A stretch of DNA of 64,000 nucleotides from Candidatus Saccharimonadales bacterium (GCA_025450575.1 JANWHE010000016.1:93874-157873), one strand, 5' to 3'; positions 17,074-26,439 are shown, counted from the stretch's first letter. Translations and numbers: made by a program. Notes: a model not told the origin generated them from the letters alone.

Positions 17074-17978
17074 CGCTTCCCCTTATAAAAGCTTAGGAAT
17101 TCTTCTTCCAAATCGATCTCGCGGCGGTCTATGGCGTGGACGTTGCGCCTAGCCAAGAGACTGAAAAACGGCTTTAAGTCGCCTTTTAACTTAACGGTGG
17201 CGTGGTGGGCCGAGTTAGAAATGACCTTGGCACCTTTTAGCCGCTTAAGCTCGCCGACCGGCACCGGCTCGGCGAAGGAGATATCGTAGGTCTGGACGGC
17301 GCTTTGGGACAGCTGGCCGATAGTCTGCTGAGCGACCAGCTTGCCGTCGCGGATAAAACCAGCCCGGTCGCAGATTTTCTGGACCTCGGTAAGATTATGG
17401 CTGCTAAAGAAAACCGTACCGCCTTTATCTTTGACATCGCGGACCAGTTGGAAGAAAGCTTCCTGCATCAGCGGATCCAGGCCGCTGGTTGGCTCGTCCA
17501 ATATGAGGATTTCGGGCTCGGCGGCGAAAGCCTGGATAATGGCGATTTTCTGGCGGTTGCCTTTGGATAAGGTGTTGATCTTGCGGCTGAGCGGGACGTC
17601 GAAAGTAGCCGCCAATTTAGATACGTTGTTCTTATGCTTTAGCGGCAGAAGATCGGTCACATATTCCAGCAGCTGGCGGCCGGTCATATTGGGATATAAG
17701 GCTATTTCCCCCGGCAGGTAGCCGATATGGCGTTTGATTTCGGTGGATTCGCTGACGATATTCCTGCCCAGGATGCAAGCGTGGCCCTCGGTGGGCTGGA
17801 TGAAATTCATCAGTAGCCTGATGGTGGTGCTTTTACCGGCGCCGTTGGGCCCCAAAAAGCCGTAAATCTCGCCCGGCATGATAGTGATATTAAGATTATG
17901 CAGGGCCGGCTTATCGGTTTTGCGATACTGCTTGCCCAGGCCGAAGGTCTCTATCGCCGGCATGCTGGCTGTATTCAT
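17070..17978 (-). CDS. ABC transporter ATP-binding protein
   Basis: 302-aa ORF with Walker A GPNGAGKST, signature LSKGNRQK and Walker B ILILDEPTSGLD. Confidence 0.92.
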   Translation of the reverse strand: MNTASMPAIETFGLGKQYRKTDKPALHNLNITIMPGEIYGFLGPNGAGKSTTIRLLMNFIQPTEGHACILGRNIVSESTEIKRHIGYLPGEIALYPNMTGRQLLEYVTDLLPLKHKNNVSKLAATFDVPLSRKINTLSKGNRQKIAIIQAFAAEPEILILDEPTSGLDPLMQEAFFQLVRDVKDKGGTVFFSSHNLTEVQKICDRAGFIRDGKLVAQQTIGQLSQSAVQTYDISFAEPVPVGELKRLKGAKVISNSAHHATVKLKGDLKPFFSLLARRNVHAIDRREIDLEEEFLSFYKGKR

Positions 17979-17986
17979 TGACCTAA

Positions 17987-18571
17987 TTATAACCTTGGCT
18001 GAGCTTTAGAGACAAAACGATTATCCTTGATGTAAAACCGCCAGGGCTGGTCGGCGGCTTTGGTAATACCGATACGCTGCCCGACTACGATTTCTTCGCC
18101 TGGCGCCACTTTGCCCGGTTCTAATATAATACTTGACTTGTTAAGTATTTTGCCGGAGAGGGAGGTATCGGTTATGCCCAATGCCTGAGCCAATCGGCCG
18201 GGACCACTAGCCAGTTTATATATGTCACGGATACCTCTGTTAGTTTGCATTATTTCTACACCATCTAGCGGTTCGGCGGCCCGGATCAGCACGGCTTCTC
18301 CCCTGCCCGCCGAACCGGTGACAATGTTCAGCGCGTAGTGCATCCCGTAAGTGAAATAAACGTACAACCGGCCGCCGGCCTGGAACATCGGCGCCGTCCG
18401 CGGCGTCAAGCCGCGGAAACTATGGCTAGCCGGGTCGTCCTGATGGTAGGCTTCGGTCTCGACAATCCGGACTTTGATTATTCCTTCTGGCGTTTGGCGT
18501 ACCAAGCAACAGCCCAGTAACCGCGGCGCCGCTTCCAGTGAGCTACGGCTAAGGACTTCCCGCAGATCCAT
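17987..18571 (-). CDS. mpg: DNA-3-methyladenine glycosylase (Mpg/AAG family)
   Basis: 194-aa ORF. The motifs LLG..LVR...VRIVETEAY...DPASH.FRG.T.R...MF..GG..YVYF.YGMH..LN are typical of the family. Confidence 0.9.
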   Translation of the reverse strand: MDLREVLSRSSLEAAPRLLGCCLVRQTPEGIIKVRIVETEAYHQDDPASHSFRGLTPRTAPMFQAGGRLYVYFTYGMHYALNIVTGSAGRGEAVLIRAAEPLDGVEIMQTNRGIRDIYKLASGPGRLAQALGITDTSLSGKILNKSSIILEPGKVAPGEEIVVGQRIGITKAADQPWRFYIKDNRFVSKAQPRL

Positions 18572-18983
18572 AGTTGTCGTCCACGTCTAAAGCCAGCTGA
18601 TTAGGGTCGCTAAGCTCCATGCCGCGGACGATATGATTGAAGACGGCGTCTACCCCGAAACTGGCGAGCGTGGCGTTAAAATAGGGGTCGCCGGGACGGT
18701 AATCCGGAGTTTTGCCGGGTACTTGGTCTATCAGGTACTCCATCAGGCGGTGCTGGGCGAACGGCGACAGCAGGCTTTTTATGTCAGTAAGGCTGGCCTG
18801 CAAAGCCAGTTCGACGGCAGCTGCCGAATTTACCGGCTGTTTTGATGAGGCCAGGCGCGAAGCCATCTGATGCCCTAGGGCCCGGAAAACATCCGGAGTC
18901 CGGTCTTTTACGCGGCCGCCCTTGGCAAACTCTTCGAAATCCCAGGCTAGCTGCTGGTGCTTATCCGGCTGGGATTCGGGCAT
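18549..18983 (-). CDS. hypothetical protein
   Basis: 144-aa ORF between lysS and mpg, overlapping mpg by 23 nt. No family recognised. Confidence 0.5.
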   Translation of the reverse strand: MPESQPDKHQQLAWDFEEFAKGGRVKDRTPDVFRALGHQMASRLASSKQPVNSAAAVELALQASLTDIKSLLSPFAQHRLMEYLIDQVPGKTPDYRPGDPYFNATLASFGVDAVFNHIVRGMELSDPNQLALDVDDNYGSAGSP

Positions 18984-18986
18984 ATT

Positions 18987-20519
18987 CTAAGCCTCCAGCA
19001 TCAACCGTTTAAGCAGCCAGTCGCGCGGCAGGATTGATAAGAACCAGCCGGCGCGCGGACCGGATTCCTGATTGATCAACACTTTATAAAGCGCGCTGAA
19101 AAGCTGTTTGGGCGCCAGGCCGGCGCTGTCTTTGAACTCGTAGATGGCCTTATGGAACCATTCGCCGTCGGCGTCCGGCGGCGCGGCTTCGACCTTTTCG
19201 GCCAGCGCCAGCAGATATTCCCGCTCCGGCTCGGATATGAGTTTCGGCGGCTTTTGGGCCAGCTCGAACTTGATATCATCCGGCGCCCAGTTCTTAAGCC
19301 ACTGGTCGATGAATTTCAGTTCTTTTTTGATGGTTTCTTCTTGGGCGTCTACGGTCTCCTTGTGTTCGGTGCGCCGGATGATTTCCAAGGTGTTGGCCGG
19401 GTCCTTTAAGGCCGCTTGATAACTGGCTACCAGGTGCGAGAACGGGATATTGCTGATGGTGCTTTGCTCGATATTGCCCATCGATATCTGAATAAGCTGC
19501 TCGTCGTCGGCTGTTTTATCGGGTTTGGCCAGCAGGGCCGCGAAATCGTCGAACAGTTTGATAAGCCCGTCGTTCTCATCGAAAAACAACGTTTTGTCCG
19601 GCGAGTGACGCAGCACGAAGTAGCGTAGGACTTCTGGCGGCAGGATCTGCAGCATGTCGCTGATAGCCAAGGTGTCGCCGGAGCTTTTGCTCATCTTTTT
19701 GGTCTGGCCGGTGCGGTTTATGAAATTATAAGGTACCGGCAGCGGCGGCTTGTCTTTGAAGACGCTTTTCATTAAGGCCACTCCGGTGTCGTAGCTGCCG
19801 CCTTTGGTGGCGTGGTCGCGGCCGAAAGGTTCGACGTCCACCCCCAGCAGCCACCAGCGGGCCGGCCAATCCAGCCGCCAGTACAGTTTGACCTCGCCGC
19901 CGGCGTAGCTGACCTCTTTTTGGCGGCCGTTCTTATCTTCGTAACTTACCACTTTGCGGGCGGTATCGACATCTAGGAATCGGCGGCTTTTAAGATAGGA
20001 GTCTTCTTTGATCTGAATAGGCGACCAGTTTTCGTCCAATGAGCGGCCGGCAACCGAGGTCAAGACGTCCCGGGCTTTATCAATCTTGCTTAAAACAACT
20101 TCGATAGCCGGAACGAAAAAACCGGCGCGGTATTTTTTGTGAGAGCGCATGATCTCCATATCCAGACCCAGCTTTTTGACGCTGCGGGCAAAATCTTTGA
20201 AGTAATAATCGGCCCAGCTGGAACCGGCTTTGCCATCGGGCGCCGGCACGTCGCACAGCGACATGCCCATATATTTTTCGAAGCTGTCATCAACGCCGGC
20301 CGGGATCTTGCGCAGCGGGTCCAGGTCGTCCACGACATGGATATGCCGGGCGTCCCGTCCCCGGCGGCGCAGAGCCAGCAGAATGGCGTCGGCAGTCAGT
20401 ACTTCGCGCAAGGTGCCTACGTGATAAACGCCGGACGGCGAGACTCCCGAAGATACCAGGATCTCCCCTTCCGGATGGGCGGCAATCACCTCATCGACTA
20501 CCTTATCGAGCCACTGCAT
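18987..20519 (-). CDS. lysK: lysyl-tRNA synthetase, class I
   Basis: 510-aa ORF with a HIGH-like motif (SGVSPSGVYHVGTLRE) and KMSKSSG. This is the class I LysRS architecture rather than class II LysS. Confidence 0.9.
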   Translation of the reverse strand: MQWLDKVVDEVIAAHPEGEILVSSGVSPSGVYHVGTLREVLTADAILLALRRRGRDARHIHVVDDLDPLRKIPAGVDDSFEKYMGMSLCDVPAPDGKAGSSWADYYFKDFARSVKKLGLDMEIMRSHKKYRAGFFVPAIEVVLSKIDKARDVLTSVAGRSLDENWSPIQIKEDSYLKSRRFLDVDTARKVVSYEDKNGRQKEVSYAGGEVKLYWRLDWPARWWLLGVDVEPFGRDHATKGGSYDTGVALMKSVFKDKPPLPVPYNFINRTGQTKKMSKSSGDTLAISDMLQILPPEVLRYFVLRHSPDKTLFFDENDGLIKLFDDFAALLAKPDKTADDEQLIQISMGNIEQSTISNIPFSHLVASYQAALKDPANTLEIIRRTEHKETVDAQEETIKKELKFIDQWLKNWAPDDIKFELAQKPPKLISEPEREYLLALAEKVEAAPPDADGEWFHKAIYEFKDSAGLAPKQLFSALYKVLINQESGPRAGWFLSILPRDWLLKRLMLEA

Positions 20520-20554
20520 AAACTAAATTATATAGTGAATCGCCCTTAAGCGGG

Positions 20555-21016
20555 TTAAGAAATCTCTATGACTTTGTACAAGTGGGCGCCGGCCGGAGTC
20601 TTGATCTCTACCTTGTCGCCGACTTTCTTGCCTAAAAGCGCTTTGCCGATCGGCGATTCGTCGCTGATCTTGCCGGCCGCCGGGTCGGCCTCTATGGTCC
20701 CGACCACCTGATAACCGATCGGTTTGCCGCCGTCTTTAAGCTTGACGGTCGAGCCCAGGCGCACCTGGCCGTCGTTTTTGGGTTTTTTGATAATCTGGGA
20801 GTTCTGTATGACATGTTCCAGTTCGGAAATGCGGGTTTCTAAGCGGTCCTGCTCTTCGCGGGCCGTCTGGTATTCGGCGTTTTCGCTTAAATCGCCCAGT
20901 TCGCGGGCATGCTTAATACGGTCCGCGACGTGCGGCCGCTGGGCAACCAAACCGGCAAGTTCGTCCTTAAGCGCTAGGACGCCTTCCTGGGTCAGGCGAT
21001 ATGTCTTTTTTATCAT
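20555..21016 (-). CDS. greA: transcription elongation factor GreA
   Basis: The ORF track starts at a TTG at 21052. I prefer the ATG at 21016 (MIKKTYRLTQEG...), which has an AAAGG RBS. GreA coiled-coil and C-terminal domain motifs are present (AREEQDRLE...LGS.V...). Confidence 0.9.
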   Translation of the reverse strand: MIKKTYRLTQEGVLALKDELAGLVAQRPHVADRIKHARELGDLSENAEYQTAREEQDRLETRISELEHVIQNSQIIKKPKNDGQVRLGSTVKLKDGGKPIGYQVVGTIEADPAAGKISDESPIGKALLGKKVGDKVEIKTPAGAHLYKVIEIS

Positions 21017-21074
21017 GAAAAAACCTTTCTTTATCTCAGTTTGTGCCCTCAAATCTGTGATTCCAATTATTATA

Positions 21075-22337
21075 TCAGGCTTGTAAAGGATTTTTTAACC
21101 GATTTGCCAACTGGTCCTTTTGGACTATCTCGACCTCTGTCGAGGCTCGTTTTTTTAGCTCTAACCCGCCGGCCGCCAAGCTTTTGTCGCTGACAACCAG
21201 CCGGTACGGGATGCCAAACAGGTCGGCGTCGGCGAACTTCTCGCCGGGGCGCTCGTCGCGGTCATCATACAACACTTTGATATGGTTTTCTGTTAGATAA
21301 TCGTAAGCGGCATCGGCGGCTTGCCGGGCGGCCTCTGAATCGCCCAGGCCGGCCAAGTACACCATGTACGGTGCAATGTTTTCGGGCCACACCAGCCCCT
21401 TATCGTCGGCAAAGTGCTCGGTCACGACGCCCATCAGGCGGGTGACGCCGATGCCGTAACTGCCCAGGACCGCTGGCTTTTGGCTGCCATCTTCATCTGT
21501 AAAATATAACCCCAGTTGCTCGGACTTATGGGTACCGAAGCTAAATATGTTGCCGACTTCGGCGGCCTGGACTTTATCTAGCTTGTCGCGGTTGACGCCG
21601 GCCTGGGCGACGACCTCGTCACTCATGACTTCCTCGTTGATAGCGATGCCTTTCTCGCGGTCCAGATATATGGTGTCTTCGCCGTTGCCAGTGACGGTCT
21701 GGAATTCGTGGCTGAACTGAGTGAAAGCGCCGCCGGAGGCGTAAGTTAAGTAAGTATCGCCGCCCAAGCCGATTTCTTTGAATATCCGAAGGTAAGCCTG
21801 GGTCATCGAGTCGTAGAACTTCTGGTGTTCCTCGTCGCTGCGGGTGAAGGAATAGAGGTCCTTCATGATGAATTCGCGGCTGCGCATAACGCCGCTTTTG
21901 GCCCGGACTTCGTTGCGCAACTTGGTCTGGAACTGATAGACATAGGCTGGCAGGTCGCGGTAGGACGCGATGAACTCGCGCATCATGTCGCTGATCGGCT
22001 CCTCGTGGCTCCAGGCCAGGCCGACTTCGCTGCCGTTGGCTAAATGCGACTTGAACCAGATGTCCACCTTGGCGTCGTCCCAGCGGTCGGTGTGCTCCCA
22101 TAATTCTTTGCGCTGCAAAGACGTCATCAGCAGTTCGTTGCCGCCCTGTTTATTCATTTCGTGGCGGACTATCCGCTTGATGTTCTCGATGACCGCTAGA
22201 CCCATCGGCAATAGAGCGTAAACGCCGGCGGAGTCCTTATAGATAAAGCCGGCCCTTATCAGCAGCTGAGCATTTTTGCTTTCTTCGTCGGCCGGCGCCT
22301 CTTTGCGGGTTTTTATAAACAGTTGTGAGCGTCTCAT
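21075..22337 (-). CDS. proS: prolyl-tRNA synthetase (bacterial type, INS editing domain absent)
   Basis: 420-aa ORF. The N-terminus MRRSQLFIKTRKEAPADEESKNAQLLIRAGFI matches bacterial-type ProRS. It is about 150 aa shorter than INS-containing enzymes. Confidence 0.9.
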   Translation of the reverse strand: MRRSQLFIKTRKEAPADEESKNAQLLIRAGFIYKDSAGVYALLPMGLAVIENIKRIVRHEMNKQGGNELLMTSLQRKELWEHTDRWDDAKVDIWFKSHLANGSEVGLAWSHEEPISDMMREFIASYRDLPAYVYQFQTKLRNEVRAKSGVMRSREFIMKDLYSFTRSDEEHQKFYDSMTQAYLRIFKEIGLGGDTYLTYASGGAFTQFSHEFQTVTGNGEDTIYLDREKGIAINEEVMSDEVVAQAGVNRDKLDKVQAAEVGNIFSFGTHKSEQLGLYFTDEDGSQKPAVLGSYGIGVTRLMGVVTEHFADDKGLVWPENIAPYMVYLAGLGDSEAARQAADAAYDYLTENHIKVLYDDRDERPGEKFADADLFGIPYRLVVSDKSLAAGGLELKKRASTEVEIVQKDQLANRLKNPLQA

Positions 22338-22427
22338 AATTGCTGGCTTAATTCTATCAGATTGCTAAATCATTCCGAAAATTGTACAAATTTTTTATTC
22401 GCCACTATCGGTTCAGTGGAGCGAGCA

Positions 22428-23180
22428 TTATTTGAAATGGACGCCGAAGGCAATCAGATTGTTGAGCATATGGACCAGCATACCGGCGTACAGCGCCCCT
22501 GTCCGGTCACGGAGGAAACACAGGACGATGGATAGCATGAAAGTATCGATGGCGGCCGCCCAGACCAGCGGGCCGCCGCTGCCGAATTCCAGATGGGCAG
22601 CGCCGAAAATCAGGCTAGTAACCAGTACCGCCGGCCAGAAGCGCCAGGCTTTGCGCAGGCCGGAGAACAGATAGCCGCGCACTAGCGTCTCTTCGCCCAG
22701 CGGCGGCAGCAGCACCAAAGAGATGAAGGCCAGCAGGTTCTCGGTGCCGTTATTGATATTGTTGAAGCCGAGGTTCTGCTGCTGGTTGTTGATATCCGGC
22801 GAAATAAGATTGATGATGACCCCGGCGACAATCAGTAGCGCGTAGAAAGCCGCGAAACCGATGGCGCCTTTCCATAAATCGTTCATTTTTGGGCGCCGCC
22901 CCAGGCCGATAACGGATAGTTTGAGCCCTTGGCGGCGAACCAGCATGACAGCCAGCCACGCGGCCAGGCCTTCGGCGATCAGTATATAAAAGAATTGTCC
23001 GGTGATGGAATTGTTAAGGTCGGGGCTGGCGCCCGGCCGGACCAATCCGTAAATTATATCGACTACGAAGAATCCGGCGGCCTGGCTGATGATGAATATC
23101 AGGACTGTTCGGAAAATTACGGTCAGCGGCCGGCCTAAGGTCCCCTTAGACTGCTGCGGACCGGCGGCTGCTTCTTCCAT
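22428..23180 (-). CDS. CPBP family intramembrane glutamic endopeptidase
   Basis: 250-aa multi-TM ORF with EETLVRGYLF, FGAAH and HMLNN motifs. Confidence 0.85.
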   Translation of the reverse strand: MEEAAAGPQQSKGTLGRPLTVIFRTVLIFIISQAAGFFVVDIIYGLVRPGASPDLNNSITGQFFYILIAEGLAAWLAVMLVRRQGLKLSVIGLGRRPKMNDLWKGAIGFAAFYALLIVAGVIINLISPDINNQQQNLGFNNINNGTENLLAFISLVLLPPLGEETLVRGYLFSGLRKAWRFWPAVLVTSLIFGAAHLEFGSGGPLVWAAAIDTFMLSIVLCFLRDRTGALYAGMLVHMLNNLIAFGVHFK

Positions 23181-23183
23181 TGC

Positions 23184-24371
23184 TTAGAAGAACCGCTTAA
23201 CGTCAACGATAGTGATCAGGACGACCAGCGCCATTATCAGCGCGAAGCTGGCGCCGACGATACGTTCTTCGGACGCCCGGCTTAAGGGGCGGCGCAAGAC
23301 GCCGCGGCTGATTATCATCATGGATAGCCGGCCGCCGTCCAGCGCCGGTATCGGCAAGACGTTCATGATGGCCAGCGTCAAAGATATCAGCGCGATAAGC
23401 AGCAGCATGAAATTGATGCCCAGGCTGCCGGAATTCCATAGCGCTACGCCGATGGCGACCGGGCCGCCGACCTGGGCGCTGGCATTATTCTGGCCGTTCT
23501 CCCTGGCCTGATGGTTATTAGTGACCAAGCCGGCGATAGCCGAGCCTAATCCGCCCAGGGCGTGGCCCAGCCCCTGGAAAGTCAGCACGGTTATCTGTTT
23601 AGCGAGCCCTAGGGCGACGATCGGCGCGCTCCAGGTACTGCGTTGGATAGTGACGTTAGTCGGGATGACGCCCAGATTGCCTTGGGGGTTATCGGTTTTA
23701 AGGCTGGCGTCGACCTGGGCTTTGCTGAGCAGCCGGGTGCTGCCAGTCAGCGTCTGGCCGCCACGCTTATAAAAGATAGTCACCTTTTGGCCGGCGAAAG
23801 CCGAAGTGGCGTCGTGGAGCTGGGGTACCGTAGTAATAGTTCTGGCCTGGGAGCCGTCGCTGATGCTGTAAATCTGATCCGAGCTGCGCAGGCCGATTTT
23901 CTGAGCCGGCGAACCGGCCAACACGGAACCGGCCAGGACGGCTTGGCGGATGACGCGCGTATCGCTGGCCACCGTGAACTGGTCTTGGCCGACATTGTCC
24001 TTGGTAATAAGTTTGGGCATGCCGATGAGAGCTAGGACTGTTAGCAAGACCAGCCCGGCGATCAGATTCATGGTGACGCCGGCCAGCATGATCTTGGTCT
24101 TGGTGCCCAGACTGGCCGCACCCAGGCTGCCCTTGCGCTCATCGCTGTCGTGCTCGCCTTTTAATTTCACGAAGCCTCCCAAAGGCAGGATATTGAGGCT
24201 GAGAATCATGCCGGATCTGAGTTTACGGCTCCAGGCCCGAGGCGGAAAACCAAGACCGAACTCTTCGACGTCCACGCCGCTATGGCGGGCCATGATGAAA
24301 TGCCCCCACTCATGGACTAGTATCAAGCCGATGAACAGCAGAAGGCCAAGCCCGAAAACTAAGAACTGCAT
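23184..24371 (-). CDS. rseP: RIP metalloprotease RseP (site-2 protease)
   Basis: 395-aa ORF with HEWGHFIMAR (HExxH) in TM1, a PDZ-like middle region and a C-terminal LPIPALDGG motif. Confidence 0.88.
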   Translation of the reverse strand: MQFLVFGLGLLLFIGLILVHEWGHFIMARHSGVDVEEFGLGFPPRAWSRKLRSGMILSLNILPLGGFVKLKGEHDSDERKGSLGAASLGTKTKIMLAGVTMNLIAGLVLLTVLALIGMPKLITKDNVGQDQFTVASDTRVIRQAVLAGSVLAGSPAQKIGLRSSDQIYSISDGSQARTITTVPQLHDATSAFAGQKVTIFYKRGGQTLTGSTRLLSKAQVDASLKTDNPQGNLGVIPTNVTIQRSTWSAPIVALGLAKQITVLTFQGLGHALGGLGSAIAGLVTNNHQARENGQNNASAQVGGPVAIGVALWNSGSLGINFMLLLIALISLTLAIMNVLPIPALDGGRLSMMIISRGVLRRPLSRASEERIVGASFALIMALVVLITIVDVKRFF

Positions 24372-24400
24372 ACGTTTATTCTAACAGTTTGAAGCTGAGA

Positions 24401-24964
24401 CTAAACTGTTAAAATTTCCTGTTCCTTGGTTTTGGCTAAAACTTCGGCGTCGGTTTTCTGTTTGGCTAGTAAATCATCAATCTGTTTTTCCAGGCCGAAG
24501 CGTTCGTCTTTGCCAATATCTTTGTCCTTTTCGGCCTGGTCGGCGGCCCGCATGGCCTCGTGTCGGGCATTGCGGCCGGCAATCATGCAGTCTTCTAATT
24601 TCTGGTGTAGGACCTTGACCATGGCCTGCCGGGTCTCTTCGGTCAGCGGCGGGATCTGGATGCGCACCACCCGGCCGTCATCAGCCGGATTGAGGCCCAG
24701 GGATTCATCCTTGGAGATAGCATCAGATATGGCCTGCAGATTGGACGGATCGAAAGGCGTGACCTGCAACAACTGGGGTTCCGGCGTGACGATGCTGGCC
24801 ACGGCTTTGAGCGGCATACTTTGGCCGTAGGCTTCGACGGTCACGTTATCCAGCATGCCCGGGTGGGCCCGGCCGGTGCGGATCTTGCCGATTTCCTGGC
24901 GGAAATGTTCGGTGGCGGCATCAAGTTTACCTTTGGTCTGCTGGATCAATTGGTCTTTGTTCAT
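24401..24964 (-). CDS. frr: ribosome recycling factor
   Basis: The ORF track starts at a TTG at 24967. The ATG one codon later (24964) is more likely. The sequence is typical Frr (..MLD.V.VEAYG...PL...A.I...). Confidence 0.93.
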   Translation of the reverse strand: MNKDQLIQQTKGKLDAATEHFRQEIGKIRTGRAHPGMLDNVTVEAYGQSMPLKAVASIVTPEPQLLQVTPFDPSNLQAISDAISKDESLGLNPADDGRVVRIQIPPLTEETRQAMVKVLHQKLEDCMIAGRNARHEAMRAADQAEKDKDIGKDERFGLEKQIDDLLAKQKTDAEVLAKTKEQEILTV

Positions 24965-25110
24965 CAACCATAATTATATAACATTTAGCAGTTGTTGAAA
25001 AATAAGCGGTTCGGTTGTATAATCTTATGTCTGGCAAGCGGGCCACAACGCTTGGTATCTACTAAGATAAAGCGGGCCCGGGCCCGCACATCGACTCCCA
25101 GGAGGGGTGA

Positions 25111-25551
25111 ATGGCACTGCATCTTGAAGTCACATCGACGGCACTGCTCGTCATGAGCCTGTTCTTATACGGCCTGGCGGTGCGGATGGGCAACCGCCAT
25201 GACGCGCGTCGAGCGAAGCGGACAGCCCTGCTCTTCGGGGCTCTCAGCTTGGCGCTGGCGTTCCCCGTCGGTGCCTTGGGCTGGCAGGACCTCTGCCTGG
25301 TCACAGGCCTGGTCCTGTGCGCGGCGGCGGTCCGGGTCCGCGAGGACGTGGAACTGATGATCGTGTACGTCGGGCTGGGAGCGGTAGCTTTCGGCCTATG
25401 GGTGCTTCTCTACCCGATGACCTCGGCGGAGTACGGCTTCGGGTTCGGGTTCGCCGTTCTGGACGCGGCCCTCCTGGCCGTGATCCTGCGGATGGACCGA
25501 CCGAAGAAGGACCCCGCCCCCGAAGCCGGAGCGTCAACGCTGGCGTTCTGA
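25111..25551 (+). CDS. hypothetical 4-TM membrane protein in G+C-rich cassette
   Basis: 146-aa ORF with a GGAGG RBS 6 nt upstream. Codon third positions are strongly G/C-rich, unlike the neighbouring genes, and there are four hydrophobic helices. Confidence 0.6.
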   Translation: MALHLEVTSTALLVMSLFLYGLAVRMGNRHDARRAKRTALLFGALSLALAFPVGALGWQDLCLVTGLVLCAAAVRVREDVELMIVYVGLGAVAFGLWVLLYPMTSAEYGFGFGFAVLDAALLAVILRMDRPKKDPAPEAGASTLAF

Positions 25552-25565
25552 AGAAGGGAGAGTCC

Positions 25566-25703
25566 GTGTTTTTCGCGGCCAACCTGACGGAGTCAAAGCT
25601 GCTTGGGCTCTGCGCCCGACTGAAGTCAGCCTGGTGGACAATCAGCGACAACCTCGCTGAAGTCCGCGGTTTCATCGGCTGGCTCGGGGGCGGCGCGGAG
25701 TAA
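25566..25703 (+). CDS. possible 45-aa ORF (GTG start) in G+C-rich cassette
   Basis: My own translation is VFFAANLTESKLLGLCARLKSAWWTISDNLAEVRGFIGWLGGGAE*. A GGGAG lies 5 nt upstream. It has the same G/C-rich third-position bias as the first cassette gene. Confidence 0.3.
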   Translation: MFFAANLTESKLLGLCARLKSAWWTISDNLAEVRGFIGWLGGGAE

Positions 25704-25730
25704 GCGGCCCAACAAGCGCAAGGAGCAAGC

Positions 25731-25865
25731 ATGAGTCTGACCGAAAAGCTCGGCCTAACGCTGGGCGTATACGCCGCCGTCATGGCGGCGGTCGCCTGGA
25801 AGTTCCGGCTACCCGTGGCCTTCAACCGGGCCCGTAGCAACACCGGCGACCCGTACTACGACTAG
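25731..25865 (+). CDS. possible 44-aa single-TM ORF in G+C-rich cassette
   Basis: My own translation is MSLTEKLGLTLGVYAAVMAAVAWKFRLPVAFNRARSNTGDPYYD*. An AAGGAG lies 6 nt upstream of the ATG. Confidence 0.35.
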   Translation: MSLTEKLGLTLGVYAAVMAAVAWKFRLPVAFNRARSNTGDPYYD

Positions 25866-25951
25866 TTCCAGACAGAGGACGCGGGGTGAGCGCGGCAAGT
25901 CAGCGCTCCCCCGCCCCAGCGGCACGAGCCGCTGCTCGAGATTTTTATCTC

Positions 25952-25974
25952 GCGGCAGTTCCTGCCGCTTTTTT
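25952..25974 (+). terminator. intrinsic terminator closing the G+C-rich cassette
   Basis: Stem GCGGCAG(25952-25958)/CTGCCGC(25962-25968) followed by T6. The T-run overlaps the tsf stop codon on the other strand. Confidence 0.6.
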
Positions 25975-26437
25975 AGTTGATTTCGCCCAGAGCCAGGCGA
26001 CTGAAGCGGCGGACCACGATGTTCTCGCCCAGCTGGGCGTTGGCTTCTTTGACGATATCGCCGACGGTTTTAGAGGGATCCTTGACGAACTCCTGCTTGA
26101 GCAGATCCTCGACGCCTTCCGGCTCACTGGCGGCAATATGCAAGCATAAATCTTTGACTAATTCTTTGAATTCATCGGTTTTAGCCACGAAATCGGTCTC
26201 GCAGTTAACTTCCACTAAGACGCCGATGCGGCCGTCGTGGATGTAGCCGCCTATCAGTCCGGCCCGGGCTTCGCGCTCGCCGCGCTTTTCGGCCTTAGTC
26301 AGGCCTTTGGCGCGCATCTCGCTTAAGGCCTTGTCGAAATCGCCGGCGCTGTCCTGCAGGGCTTTTTTGGCGTCGGTAATGCCGACGCCGGTCAGCTGGC
26401 GCAGGCGCTTGATGTCATCGATCGATATATCGGCCAT
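25973..26437 (-). CDS. tsf: elongation factor Ts (short form)
   Basis: 154-aa ORF with the N-terminal UBA-like motif (IKRLRQLTGVGITDAKKAL) and the core VEVNCETDFVAK. It is much shorter than the ~280-aa EF-Ts of E. coli. Confidence 0.9.
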   Translation of the reverse strand: MADISIDDIKRLRQLTGVGITDAKKALQDSAGDFDKALSEMRAKGLTKAEKRGEREARAGLIGGYIHDGRIGVLVEVNCETDFVAKTDEFKELVKDLCLHIAASEPEGVEDLLKQEFVKDPSKTVGDIVKEANAQLGENIVVRRFSRLALGEIN

Positions 26438-26439
26438 GG

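Noticed and set aside
25301-25843. 180-aa minus-strand ORF across the G+C-rich cassette.
   Set aside because: Its Arg/Pro/Ser-rich translation is typical of the antisense frame of high-GC3 genes. The plus-strand ORFs have RBSs, hydrophobic helices and a terminator.
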